Below, piece after piece: positions 36,071-46,167 of a stretch of DNA of 64,000 nucleotides. The stretch spans positions 800,001 to 864,000 of the forward strand of contig CBDBDQ010000005.1 in the NCBI GenBank assembly GCA_965203905.1, written 5' to 3'. Numbering within the stretch: the stretch's first letter is position 1; each line of letters begins with the position of its first letter. The notes beneath the pieces were generated by a model. It did no database searches. It saw only the letters and a program-made list of their open reading frames with translations, and was not told the DNA's origin. The DNA comes from Spirochaetia bacterium (GTDB lineage Bacteria; Spirochaetota; Spirochaetia; SZUA-6; Bin103). A program made the translations under genes and the position numbers.

Positions 36071-38218
36071 TCAGGCCTCCTCGGGCGCCGTGGCCGGCAG
36101 CGTGAGGATGAGGTTGCCGTGCGGGTCCACGGCCAGTCGCACCCCGTCCGGCACGAAGGTGGTGGAATCGAGCTCCTCGATCACGGCCGGGCCGCGCAGC
36201 TCGGTGCCCGCCGGCAGCCGGTCGCGGCGGTAGTAGCCGCATTCAGCCGGACGCTGCGGCTCAGCCTGGACGCCGGCTGCGGTCGCGGCGGGTGCGGCCG
36301 GCGCCGGAGGCGATGGCTCCGGGGGCGCGTCGGCTGCGCCCCCGGCACGTGCGGCCCGGGCGGGCGGACGGGCTCCGGCGGCCGCCGAAGCCGGTACCGC
36401 CATGACGGCCGTGGGCTCCGCCGCGGTTTCGGCAAGCGACGCCTTGAGATGCACCAGCTCCACCGGGTGATCGGGGAACTGGTAGCCGAAGAACTCCTCG
36501 TGGCGGCGGTGGAAGCGCTCCACCGCGGCGGGCAGGCCGTCGGCGAACCGGTACTCCACCTCCTGTTCGTAGTTCTGCTGCGCGTAGCGCATGCTCAGGC
36601 CGAGCCGCTCGCGGGCCGCGCCGCGCAGCCCCTCAGCCTCGATCTCGCGCCGCCCTTCCTCCAGCATGGTACGAAAGCGCGCGGCCAGCTCCGCATCGTC
36701 CACCTCCGAGTGCCGCACCCCCAGCGTCTGCATCCGCTCCACCCGCAGCCGCGCCAGGGCGGCCCCGAAGGCCGAGCACAGACCCGGATGCGGCGGCACC
36801 ACCACCCGGCGGATCCCCAGCTTGGCGGCGATGGCCGCGGCGTGCAACGGCCCGGCGCCGCCGAATGCGACCAGCACGAAGTCGCGCGGATCGATCCCGC
36901 GCTCGATGGTCAGCAGGCGGATGGCATTGGTCATGTTCTCGTCGGCGAGGTCGACGATGGCGCGCGCCGCCGCTTCCCGCCCCAGTCCCAGCGCGCGCGC
37001 CAGCGGGTCGATCACCGCCACCGCGCGCTCCGGGTGCAACGTCAGTTCCCCACCCAGGAAAAAATCGGGGTTGAGCCGGCCCAGCACCAGGTTGGCGTCG
37101 GTCACGGTGGCGGCTTCACCGCCGGCGCCGTAGCAGCCGGGGCCGGGCCGGGCGCCCGCGCTTTCCGGTCCCACCGCCAGCATGCCGCCTTTGTCAATGC
37201 GGGCGATGGAACCCCCGCCGGCGCCCAGGGTGCGCACCTCGATCACCGGAATCGCCACCGGCAGCCCCCACTCGATCTCGTAGTCGGTAGTGAAGTGCGG
37301 CTCTCCCTCCAGCAGCAGTCCCACGTCGCAGCTCGTGCCTCCCATGTCGAGGGTGATCGCCTGCGCGAAGCCCGCCCCCCGCGCGAAGTGGGCGCCGCCG
37401 ATCACGCCGCCCGCGAGGCCCGAGAGCAGCAGCTCCACCGGCCGCTCCGGTGCCTGCGGGAGCCCGGTGGTGCCGCCGTCCGACTTGAGCAGCGAGCAGG
37501 GAGCGTTCACGCTGCGCTCGCGCAGCGCCGCGCCGATGCTCGGGCAGTAGGCGCTCAACAGCGGCTTCAGGTAGGCGTCGGCCAGCGTGGTGCTGGAGCG
37601 CTCATACTCCCGCCACAGCGGCGCGACGCGGTGCGAGAGGGAGACCGGGATGCCGGGAAAGCGCCGCTCCAGGAACGCGCCGAGCTGCAGCTCGTGGGCC
37701 GGGTTCAGGTAGGAGAACAGCAGGCACACCGCGATCGCCTCGGGGGTGCGCTCCGCGACCTGCGCCGCGAGCCCCTCCAGGGCCGCCGCCTCCAGCGGCA
37801 CCACGACCTGGCCCTGGGCGTCGATCCGCTCGACCACCGGCAGGCAGTTGCGGCGCCGGACCAGCGGCCGCGGCTTGAGCCAGTGCAGGTCGTACTCGCT
37901 CTTGCGGTTGATGCGCTGGATGAACGGGATGTCCTCGAACCCCGCGGTGGTCAGGTACAGCACCTCGGCCCCGCGCCGCTGCAGCACCGCGTTGGTGGCC
38001 ACCGTGGTGCCATGCACGATGCGCTCGATGGCGGAGCCCGGCACCGCGGCCTTGTCCAGCACGCTCAGCAGGGCGCCCAGCGGTGCGTCCGGCGTGGACG
38101 GCGCCTTGGCCACCCGCACCGACCCGTCGCTGCCAATCGCCACCAGATCGGTAAACGTGCCCCCGGTGTCGATGCCCAGCGCCAGCGAGCCCGCGGCCGA
38201 CTCCGCCACCTCGCTCAC
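36071..38218 (-). CDS. Hydantoinase A/oxoprolinase family protein
   Basis: IDTGGTFTD, HGTTVATN, DMGGTSCD, GAGGGSIA, FGGAGPLH. Confidence 0.93.
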   Translation of the reverse strand: MSEVAESAAGSLALGIDTGGTFTDLVAIGSDGSVRVAKAPSTPDAPLGALLSVLDKAAVPGSAIERIVHGTTVATNAVLQRRGAEVLYLTTAGFEDIPFIQRINRKSEYDLHWLKPRPLVRRRNCLPVVERIDAQGQVVVPLEAAALEGLAAQVAERTPEAIAVCLLFSYLNPAHELQLGAFLERRFPGIPVSLSHRVAPLWREYERSSTTLADAYLKPLLSAYCPSIGAALRERSVNAPCSLLKSDGGTTGLPQAPERPVELLLSGLAGGVIGGAHFARGAGFAQAITLDMGGTSCDVGLLLEGEPHFTTDYEIEWGLPVAIPVIEVRTLGAGGGSIARIDKGGMLAVGPESAGARPGPGCYGAGGEAATVTDANLVLGRLNPDFFLGGELTLHPERAVAVIDPLARALGLGREAAARAIVDLADENMTNAIRLLTIERGIDPRDFVLVAFGGAGPLHAAAIAAKLGIRRVVVPPHPGLCSAFGAALARLRVERMQTLGVRHSEVDDAELAARFRTMLEEGRREIEAEGLRGAARERLGLSMRYAQQNYEQEVEYRFADGLPAAVERFHRRHEEFFGYQFPDHPVELVHLKASLAETAAEPTAVMAVPASAAAGARPPARAARAGGAADAPPEPSPPAPAAPAATAAGVQAEPQRPAECGYYRRDRLPAGTELRGPAVIEELDSTTFVPDGVRLAVDPHGNLILTLPATAPEEA

Positions 38219-38378
38219 CCCTGATTCTTCGCTCAACACGTCACTTGCAGTTCATACGCGCCGGAGCGGTGGCTTGCAACACGGCCCACTCGCTCCGCCG
38301 TAAAGCGCGACAGTTTAGGCCAGAGGCATCCAAGCCGGACGGGCTTGGCGGGCCGGCGGGCCGGCGGGCCACGCAAGC

Positions 38379-38406
38379 TTGACGGGTGCCCGGTGCGGCG
38401 GATAAT
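38379..38406 (+). promoter_or_regulatory. Possible sigma70-like promoter of the SBP at 38437
   Basis: TTGACG-N16-GATAAT; GGAGG RBS follows. Confidence 0.5.
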
Positions 38407-38436
38407 CGACTGATCCTTATTTCGGGAGGCAATGAT

Positions 38437-40407
38437 ATGAAGCACGTCTGTTTCGTGCTCCCGTGGCTGCTGTTTTCGGCCGCGGTGGCTGTCGCCGGAG
38501 GCGACACCGAAGTGACGGAAGAGTCATCCGCGGCGAACACCATGCCCATGGCGGAGACCCGGTACCACGAAGCGCCGATGCTCGCCGAACGGGTCGCTCA
38601 GGGGCTGCTGCCACCGGTGGACGACCGGCTGCCCGATGTTCCCTTCGTCGAGCAGGTGGTGGAGGAGATCGGGACCTACGGCGGCACCTGGCATCGAACC
38701 ACGCTGTCGGCCAGTCCCGTCTATCAACCCGGAATCCCATCGTATCGCGGCACCGATCGCCTGGTGTGGTACAACCGGGACACCTTCGAGATGCACGCCG
38801 AGGTACTGGCAGAGCTCGAGCGTCAGAACAGCAGCCGCACCTGGGTCATGCACATGCGGAGCGGACTCCGTTGGTCGGACGGGGAGCTGTTCGACGCCGA
38901 CGACATCATGTTCTGGTGGAACGACGTCGCGCTGAATGAACAGATCGTCGCGAACCTTCCGAGTTGGCTCAGAGTCGGTGGCGCACCTTCTACGGTCGAG
39001 AAGATCGATGAGTGGACGGTGAGCTTCACCTTCGCGGAACCGCATCCGCACTTCATGAAGTTCCTGATGGTGAGCGGAGAGGTGATTCCGCGCCATCCGC
39101 GCCACTACATGGAGCAGTTCCACCAGACCTACGCCGATGAGGCCAAGCTTGCCGCGCTGTTGAAGGAACGAGGATTCGAGACCTGGCCCGAACTCTATAC
39201 CTTCGCCGCAAATGAGAGGTGGTCCACCGTGCCGGCGCCCGAAAAACCCCGGCTCGACCCCTGGATCACCATCTCGGCACCTTCGATGGGGCCCTTCGTG
39301 CTGGAGCGCAATCCCTACTACTGGAAAGTCGATCCCGCTGACAACCAGCTCCCCTACATCGACGAGGTCGTGATCGACTTCGTGAGCGATGTTCAGACCC
39401 AGAGCTTGCGGGCCATCTCCGCGGAGCTGGACGCGCAGCGCATCATGGACATTACCATCCTGCCGGAGCTGCTGGAGGCGGAACGGCGCGGAGAGCTGCA
39501 GGCCTGGCATCGACGCGGCAAGAATCCGACCCGTCTGGACTTGTCGTTCAACCTCACCCACGACGACCCGGAGCTGCGCAAGATCTTCCAGGACAAGCGC
39601 TTTCGCATCGCCATGTCACATGCCGTGAACCGGGAAGAGCTCTCCCTGCTCGGCTATGGAGGCCTGGTGCAGCCGACCCAGATCGGACCGTACCAGGGCA
39701 CGCGATTCTATAACGAGCAGCTCAAGAACGCGTACCTGGAGTACGATCCGGACAAGGCCAACGCGCTGCTCGACGAGATCGGCCTGGACCAGCGCGACGG
39801 CGACGGTTATCGCCTGCGGGCCGACGGCGAGCGCTTCTCGTTCGTGCTCATGAACACGCGCGGCGACCGCATTCCGCAGGATCCGATGGAGATGGTCACC
39901 GACTCCTTCGAGGACCTCGGCATCGAGGTGATCATGAAGTGGGGTGAACGCCAAGGAAACGTGTTGAACACCGGAGAGTGGGATGCGATGCTCGGCGCCG
40001 GTCACAACACGGTACCGTTCGGCTTCGAGATCGGAACCGGCGCGGGACACGTCGTGCCGCTCACCGGTGGGCCGAACAACCTGTGGTTCGGCTACTGGGC
40101 CAACGACTGGGCGCGCTGGTTCGTCAGCAACGGAGAGGTTGGCGAGGAGCCTCCCGAGCTCATGAAGCAGATCGTGGCGACGTACCGCAAGCTGCAGGTG
40201 TCCGAGGATCCCGCCGAGATGAGAGTCCTGGCCAAGGAGATCTTCGACATCGCCCACGAAAACCTGTGGGTGATCGGCTACGTGAGCGACCCCGGGATGG
40301 GATTCGTGGCGAGCAACAACATGGGAAACATCGGCGACAGCCCGATTCCCGCCTCCCCGGTCGGCCCGAGCGTACTGCCGGTAGACCAGTTCTTCTTCAA
40401 GAGCTGA
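38437..40407 (+). CDS. ABC transporter substrate-binding protein, family 5 (orphan)
   Basis: EAPMLAERV…LPPVDDRLP, GLRWSDG, NQLPYID, DQFFFKS. Confidence 0.92.
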   Translation: MKHVCFVLPWLLFSAAVAVAGGDTEVTEESSAANTMPMAETRYHEAPMLAERVAQGLLPPVDDRLPDVPFVEQVVEEIGTYGGTWHRTTLSASPVYQPGIPSYRGTDRLVWYNRDTFEMHAEVLAELERQNSSRTWVMHMRSGLRWSDGELFDADDIMFWWNDVALNEQIVANLPSWLRVGGAPSTVEKIDEWTVSFTFAEPHPHFMKFLMVSGEVIPRHPRHYMEQFHQTYADEAKLAALLKERGFETWPELYTFAANERWSTVPAPEKPRLDPWITISAPSMGPFVLERNPYYWKVDPADNQLPYIDEVVIDFVSDVQTQSLRAISAELDAQRIMDITILPELLEAERRGELQAWHRRGKNPTRLDLSFNLTHDDPELRKIFQDKRFRIAMSHAVNREELSLLGYGGLVQPTQIGPYQGTRFYNEQLKNAYLEYDPDKANALLDEIGLDQRDGDGYRLRADGERFSFVLMNTRGDRIPQDPMEMVTDSFEDLGIEVIMKWGERQGNVLNTGEWDAMLGAGHNTVPFGFEIGTGAGHVVPLTGGPNNLWFGYWANDWARWFVSNGEVGEEPPELMKQIVATYRKLQVSEDPAEMRVLAKEIFDIAHENLWVIGYVSDPGMGFVASNNMGNIGDSPIPASPVGPSVLPVDQFFFKS

Positions 40408-40436
40408 CGGCGCCGAACCGACACCGCGAACAGCAC

Positions 40437-40466
40437 GGCAGGGTCCACGCAAGAGTGGACCCTGCC
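40437..40466. terminator. Perfect 12-bp hairpin between convergent SBP genes
   Basis: ggcagggtccac-gcaaga-gtggaccctgcc. Confidence 0.75.
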
Positions 40467-40473
40467 ACGTTAC

Positions 40474-42444
40474 CTACTGCTGTTTGATGAAAAACTGGTC
40501 GGCTTTGACGCGTACGTCGTACATGATCCGTTCTCCCTGAGGAGCCACATTGCCGAACTTCGTGGCGGCGACGAAGAACTCGCCGGGATGGGCGACGATG
40601 CCGATCACCCAGAGGTTGTCCAGCGCAATGTCGAAGATCTGCTTGGCGATCGCCTTGCGCTCCTGCTCCGTGATGGCAGTCTTCAACTGCTCGTTGAGGT
40701 CGTACAGATGCTTGATCAGCGCGGGTGGTTGTTCGCCGCGGGTACCGTCCGAGGCCAGCCAGCGGGACCATTCACCCGCCCAGTAGCCGGGGTATGAAGT
40801 ATCCGCGCTGCGCGCCCAGGGCACATAGTGTCCGCCGATCTGATCGCCGGTGTAGATGCTTCCGGTATGGTGGCCGGCACCGACGAAGGCGTTCCAGTCC
40901 CCGGTCTCCAGCTTGTCCCAGTTGGCGTCACCCCACTTGATGATGGTCTTGACGCCGATCGCCGCAAGGTAGTCGGAGAGCAGCTCCATCACGTCCTGGC
41001 TTATCAGGTCGCCACGACTGTTCATGAGCACGAACTCAAGCGTCTTGCCGTCGCCGCGCTGCCGATAGCCGTCGCGGTCGCGCCCGGTCAGCCCCATCTC
41101 ATCGAGCAGGCCGTTGGCCTTGTCGGGGTCGTGCTCAAGATACGCGCTCTTGAGCTCCGCGTGATAGAACGGCTCGCCCGGCTTGGGGCCCGACTGTACG
41201 GGCCAGGAGAATCCGAAGTACGCGATGCGGTTGATCTCGTCGCGATCGATGGCGTGGGAAACGGCAATGCGGAAGCGCTTGTCCTGAAACACCTCGCGCA
41301 GTCCGGGATCGTTGTCGGTCAGGTTGAACGCCAGGTCGAGACCGGTGTGATTCGGCCCCGGCCAGCCCCACGCCTGCAGCTCGCCCGCTCTGTCCAGCTC
41401 CATCAGGTCGGACCAGATCTCCTTGCCGAAGATCCGCTGCCCGTCCAGCTCGCCGGCAATGGCACGCAGATTCATGGTCTGGATGTCGCTCACCAGCTCG
41501 ATCACCACCTGATCGATGTAGGGAAGCTGGTTGCGAGCCTTGTCAACCGAACCATAGAACGGGTTGCGCTCGAACACGAGCGGCCCCATGGAGGGAACCG
41601 ACACCGGCATCCAGGCGTGCAGGGTGGGTTTCTCCGGGTCGGGAACGCGCCGCCAGGTCTGATTGGCGTGGTGTGTGAACAGCTCGAACCAGGTCTCGAA
41701 GCCGGCCTCCTTGACCTTGCCGGCGAGCTCTTCCTGGTCGGCGTGGTCCTCGTGGAACTGGCTCAGGTAGTGTTTCGGATAGCGGGCCATGACTTCGCCG
41801 CGTACCGCCGCGATCCGGTCGAACAGCGGGAACGGAGCGTCCCACTCGAACCGCACCGTGTAGTCGTCGACCTGGGACACCCGTGCCGCCTGACCGCCGG
41901 CCGTCCAGTAGGAAGGCAGCTTGGGGGTGACCTTCTCATTCCGCACCGCATCGTTCCACCAGAACATGATGTCCTCGGAGGTGAACGGCGTTCCGTCCGA
42001 CCAGCGCAGGCCTTCCCTCATGTCGAAGGTCCAGGTGGTGGCGTTGTTCTGCATCTCGAGCGCCTCGACGTGAACCGGATAGACCCGTGCTTGCCAGTAG
42101 TCGATGATCATCAGCTTGTCCAGTTGCCGGTAACCGGGGATTCCCGGACCTCCCACCGGACTCGCCGCGCGGGTGGTCCGGTACCAGGTGCCTCCGTACG
42201 TGCCGATCTCCTGCTCGACCTCGCGAACGAAAGGATTCGCCGGCAGGCGATCGTCCACCGGAGGCAACTCGCCGGCGGCAACGCGGGCGGCCAACATGGG
42301 CGCCTCGTTGTACTTGCCCGCGGGCACGGCGGCAGTCTCCTGTGGCGCCGCCGTCTGTTCGGTTTCCCCGGTCGCAAAACCCGACACGGCGACGCCTGAC
42401 AGGAGCAGCACCAGCAGCGTGCGCTGCACGCATTTCGTACTCAT
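40474..42444 (-). CDS. ABC transporter substrate-binding protein, family 5
   Basis: GAGGAGG RBS; EAPMLAARV, GLRWSDG, NQLPYID. Confidence 0.92.
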   Translation of the reverse strand: MSTKCVQRTLLVLLLSGVAVSGFATGETEQTAAPQETAAVPAGKYNEAPMLAARVAAGELPPVDDRLPANPFVREVEQEIGTYGGTWYRTTRAASPVGGPGIPGYRQLDKLMIIDYWQARVYPVHVEALEMQNNATTWTFDMREGLRWSDGTPFTSEDIMFWWNDAVRNEKVTPKLPSYWTAGGQAARVSQVDDYTVRFEWDAPFPLFDRIAAVRGEVMARYPKHYLSQFHEDHADQEELAGKVKEAGFETWFELFTHHANQTWRRVPDPEKPTLHAWMPVSVPSMGPLVFERNPFYGSVDKARNQLPYIDQVVIELVSDIQTMNLRAIAGELDGQRIFGKEIWSDLMELDRAGELQAWGWPGPNHTGLDLAFNLTDNDPGLREVFQDKRFRIAVSHAIDRDEINRIAYFGFSWPVQSGPKPGEPFYHAELKSAYLEHDPDKANGLLDEMGLTGRDRDGYRQRGDGKTLEFVLMNSRGDLISQDVMELLSDYLAAIGVKTIIKWGDANWDKLETGDWNAFVGAGHHTGSIYTGDQIGGHYVPWARSADTSYPGYWAGEWSRWLASDGTRGEQPPALIKHLYDLNEQLKTAITEQERKAIAKQIFDIALDNLWVIGIVAHPGEFFVAATKFGNVAPQGERIMYDVRVKADQFFIKQQ

Positions 42445-42481
42445 GACTTCACCTCCTCGCTTCGTGAAGCGGTAGCCGGTC

Positions 42482-42510
42482 AATCTACCTCACGCCCATA
42501 CCCCTGTCAA
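42482..42510 (-). promoter_or_regulatory. Sigma70-like promoter of the SBP at 40474-42444
   Basis: TTGACA-N17-TAGATT. Confidence 0.7.
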
Positions 42511-42614
42511 ATCGGCGTACGCCTGGTGGCGTGAAGGAGAGCGCGGTGCATGATCGTCAACCGGGCAACTCGCCTCGCCCGACACCGCGCGGTCCCTGAT
42601 GCTCCGGGTGCTGC

Positions 42615-43496
42615 TCAGTCGGTGACGAAGTGCTGGTAGAGTGGCTGCACCGCGGGCGGGAGCCGCTCGAACACCTCCCGCATTATCGGTAGGGAGTCGT
42701 AGTTCTTGCCCCCGGTGGCGGCCACCATGCGCTCATGGTCGGGGGTGCCGCGAATCGTGGGGGTGAGGTTCAGCCACCACGGAGCGTAGCGAATGATCAG
42801 GGCCACCCGCGCCTCGCTGCTGACGTTGGGTGCCACCGCGTGCCACAGGCGGCTGTCGTAGAGCAGCACGCTGCCGGCGCTGCCGGTGACCTGGGTCTGC
42901 TGCGGATGGGGCCCGTCACGGTCGAAGCCGCGGAGCGTCTCTCCGGCCGGGTTGTCGGTGCGCCGATGGCTGCCGGGAACGATGAAGGTACCGCCGTTGG
43001 CGGCGCTGAACTCGGTGAGCATCCAGATGCTCGAAAGATGCATCAGAGCGTCGGGGTAGGGCGCCTTCACGTGGGTGGAATTGGTGGCGTTGTAGGGCCA
43101 GTCGGCGTGCCAGTAGCCGCGCTCGCTGCCGGGGTTGGTGATCACGCAATCGGTGCACGAGATGCGCACGAAGTCGCCCAGCAGTGCGTTGGCGGCGCCG
43201 AGGATGCGCTGCTCTGCGAGATAGGGAGCGAAGCACTGGGTTGCGTTGATTACCTGCCTGAGGTTGTCGACCCCCGCCGCGCCCACCCGATGGCCGCGCG
43301 ACCGCGTCCTGGCCAACTCCGCGGCGGCCGCCTGCCGATGGGCGCGTTGCGCCGCAACCACTTCCTGCCGTACCTGCCCCACCTTGCCGGCCGGGATCAC
43401 TTCGGGGACGACGCAGTAGCCGGACCTGGCCATTGCGCCCACGATGGCCGCTACGCTGTTGCCGGTCTCCATGGTCGCGAAGGTGGCGCCGCTCAT
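42615..43496 (-). CDS. Phytanoyl-CoA dioxygenase family protein
   Basis: WHADWP, NGGTFIVPGSH, YDSRLWH…N.S…R. Confidence 0.9.
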   Translation of the reverse strand: MSGATFATMETGNSVAAIVGAMARSGYCVVPEVIPAGKVGQVRQEVVAAQRAHRQAAAAELARTRSRGHRVGAAGVDNLRQVINATQCFAPYLAEQRILGAANALLGDFVRISCTDCVITNPGSERGYWHADWPYNATNSTHVKAPYPDALMHLSSIWMLTEFSAANGGTFIVPGSHRRTDNPAGETLRGFDRDGPHPQQTQVTGSAGSVLLYDSRLWHAVAPNVSSEARVALIIRYAPWWLNLTPTIRGTPDHERMVAATGGKNYDSLPIMREVFERLPPAVQPLYQHFVTD

Positions 43497-45103
43497 GGCG
43501 TGGGTTCTCCGGCTCGCGAGTGGCCGCGCTGGAAGCGGAAGGAGTACAGCTCCGCGTCCCTGAGGAAGAAGCGCAAGGAGCGCCAGTTCGCTGACTCCCG
43601 GGCGCTCGCCGGAAGCTCCGGCCGCCCGTTCCAGGTGACCGTGTGCGCCACCGAGTCTCCGGTCATCGCGTCACAATCCTGCTTCGCGCAACCCGCGATC
43701 ACCGTGTCACTGCGATCGGCCAGCTCGACCCGGACCGAGCCGCCGGGGCGGCAGCGCGCGTTGATCTGCAAACGATCGCCGTCGCTGAGTACCGGGTGGG
43801 TGACCACGATCCCCTCGCGCAGGCGGTTGGCTGCCAGCGAGGCGAAGCCGTGCCGGCGCAGCGTCACCAGCCCGAGGCCCGCCGAGGCCCGCTCGGGATG
43901 GCGCGCTTCCGCGTGATCCAGTCCCTCGTTCGAGCCCGCCAGCCACCAGTCGTGGTGGTAGTTGAAGCCGCCCTGGTAGAACCAATGTTCGTCTCCCACG
44001 TCGATCGGCTGGCTGAACAGACTGACCATGTAGGCATCCCAGTGTTCCGCGCCGCGTGGTTGCAGAAACGGCCTGCGGTTCTTGGTCGGTTGCCAGTGCA
44101 GGCCGTCGCGGCTCATCAGGAGCTGTACCTCGATGATGTTGTCGACCTGGTGGAAGACACCGACGGTAGCGAGGTGCAGGGAGCCGAGACGGAACTGCGC
44201 CATGCCGTAGTACGACACGTCGAGCTCGTGCTCGTCGTCGTCCGGCGTGGCGACCAATACGGGATCGCTCCAATGCAGGAAGTCGGAGCTGCGGCTCTGC
44301 CAGATGCGCCGCTTGCTCATGGCCAGCGGCTGGTATGGCTGGTGCGACCACAGGAAGCCGGCGCCCTTGCGCGGCTGGCGCAGGTTGACGGCGCCCGGTT
44401 GCCCGCCGAGGTGGGCGCGGATGTTGACCACGAATTCCCGCGCCTCGGGATCGTAGAACGCCGTGTTGACGTCCCCGGGCCGGTTGCCCTGTAAGCCGAA
44501 GCGCGGGGTCTCGTCGTAGAGTCGCCAGTGGATGCCGTCGGGGGAGTGCACGCAGTGGGTCTGCCGATGGCTCCCGGAAGCATCGCTCCAGATGTGGCGC
44601 AACATGGCGCGGAACCGTTCTTCCCGGCGCGGGGGGTGCGGGTCCAGGACGACGGTCATCGCATGGGCGTCGCCGAACGCGCCGCCCCCCAGTACGATGT
44701 TGGTCTTGCTGCCGCCGACCCGGCGCACGTCGAGCTCCGGTTTCTCCCAGATCAGCCCATCGCTGCTGCACGCGTAGAGCTGGGTGGCACGCAGGTCGAA
44801 GTTGACCGGCGGCCGATCTCCGGCCCGTGCGCCCTGCGCCGGAACTCCGCTCTGGTCCTGATACCAGCACTTGAACAGCCCGTCCGCGGGATCGCGCAGG
44901 ACCGTGGTGGAGCCGTAGTAGGCGGCCCACATCACCTGTTCCCAGGGGCGGTCCTCCGTGATCAGGGGCTGCTCCTGCTTGCGCTGCGGAGTATGCCAGC
45001 TCCGCTTCACGTCCTGCACCGAGGCGATCAGGAGGTCGTCCACGAAGGTCTGGACCTCCTCTGCCGCGTTGAGCATGGTGCTGTCCCAGCTTCCGATGTT
45101 CAT
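43493..45103 (-). CDS. Putative beta-propeller glycoside hydrolase-like protein
   Basis: Repeated S.DG..W boxes (SSDGLIW, SPDGIHW, SSDFLHW, SRDGLHW); C-terminal LR..GFASL…LYSFRF. Confidence 0.7.
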   Translation of the reverse strand: MNIGSWDSTMLNAAEEVQTFVDDLLIASVQDVKRSWHTPQRKQEQPLITEDRPWEQVMWAAYYGSTTVLRDPADGLFKCWYQDQSGVPAQGARAGDRPPVNFDLRATQLYACSSDGLIWEKPELDVRRVGGSKTNIVLGGGAFGDAHAMTVVLDPHPPRREERFRAMLRHIWSDASGSHRQTHCVHSPDGIHWRLYDETPRFGLQGNRPGDVNTAFYDPEAREFVVNIRAHLGGQPGAVNLRQPRKGAGFLWSHQPYQPLAMSKRRIWQSRSSDFLHWSDPVLVATPDDDEHELDVSYYGMAQFRLGSLHLATVGVFHQVDNIIEVQLLMSRDGLHWQPTKNRRPFLQPRGAEHWDAYMVSLFSQPIDVGDEHWFYQGGFNYHHDWWLAGSNEGLDHAEARHPERASAGLGLVTLRRHGFASLAANRLREGIVVTHPVLSDGDRLQINARCRPGGSVRVELADRSDTVIAGCAKQDCDAMTGDSVAHTVTWNGRPELPASARESANWRSLRFFLRDAELYSFRFQRGHSRAGEPTP

Positions 45104-46167
45104 GCCTGTCCTCCACTGCTCACTCCACGCAGGTCCAGGTCAGCGGCGAAGTGGCACGCCGCCTGGTGACCGGCAGCCTGTCGCATCGGCTCCAGCACGG
45201 GTGTCTCCTGCCGGCACCGGTCGGCCCGATACCGGCATCGCGGATCGAATGCACAACCCTCCCGCACCGCGCCGGGATCCGGCACGTCGCCTTCGAGGAT
45301 CACGCGCTCCACCCGGTGATGCGGATTGGGATCCGGAACCGCGGTCAGCAACGCTTCAGTATAAGGATGGCGGGGACCCGAGAACAGCTCCTCGGTCGGC
45401 GCCAGCTCCACGATAGTGCCCAGGTACATCACCGCGACCCGGTCGCTGACGTGCTCGACCACGCTCAGATTGTGGGAGATGAACAGGTACGACAGATTGT
45501 GCTGCTGCTGGAGGTCCTGAAACAGGTTCAGGATCTGCGCCTGCACCGAAACGTCGAGCGCCGAGGTCGGCTCGTCGGCCACGATCAGGCTGGGGTTGAG
45601 GGCGAGAGCGCGGGCGATCCCGATGCGCTGTCGCTGGCCGCCGCTGAAGGCGTACGGGTAGCGCCGCAGGTAGTGCGGATCGAGGCCCACGTCCTGCATC
45701 AGCTCGACCACCCGGTCGTCGAGCACCCTGCCCCGTGCCAGCCGATGGATGATCAGCGGCTCGCCGATGATGTCGCGTGTCGTCATGCGCGGATTCAGCG
45801 ACGACTGCGGATCCTGAAACACCATCTGGATGTGCCGGCGCGCGGCGCGCAGATCGCGCGTGCTCAGCGCATTCATGTCCACCACCCCGCTCTGGTGATG
45901 GAACAGGACGTTGCCGGTGATCGTCGCCTCCTGGCTGCGCACGCTGCCCATGATGGTGAGGCCGAGGGTGGTCTTGCCGCAGCCGCTCTCTCCCACCACG
46001 CCCAGGGTCTCCCCCTGTTCGAGCGAGAAGCTCACGCCGTCGACCGCCTTGATGCTGCCCGACACGTTGCGGAACAATCCCTCCCGCACGTGGAAGTGGG
46101 TCTTGAGATCCGCCACCTGGAGCAGGCACCCGGAAGATTCCGCTCCGGTCGTGGCCGCCTCAGCCAT
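45100..46167 (-). CDS. ABC transporter ATP-binding protein, DppF family
   Basis: GESGCGKT, FSGGQRQR, HPYT. Confidence 0.92.
   Translation of the reverse strand: MAEAATTGAESSGCLLQVADLKTHFHVREGLFRNVSGSIKAVDGVSFSLEQGETLGVVGESGCGKTTLGLTIMGSVRSQEATITGNVLFHHQSGVVDMNALSTRDLRAARRHIQMVFQDPQSSLNPRMTTRDIIGEPLIIHRLARGRVLDDRVVELMQDVGLDPHYLRRYPYAFSGGQRQRIGIARALALNPSLIVADEPTSALDVSVQAQILNLFQDLQQQHNLSYLFISHNLSVVEHVSDRVAVMYLGTIVELAPTEELFSGPRHPYTEALLTAVPDPNPHHRVERVILEGDVPDPGAVREGCAFDPRCRYRADRCRQETPVLEPMRQAAGHQAACHFAADLDLRGVSSGGQA

Noticed and set aside
34044-36242. 732-aa minus-strand ORF
   Set aside because: Out-of-frame overlap with hydantoinase B; only the last 84 codons look like a real gene
34505-38224. 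1239-aa + strand ORF, and similar long ORFs (18446-20593, 24454-27012, 48757-50505)
   Set aside because: Antisense shadows of well-supported genes, expected with high-GC codon bias; no motifs
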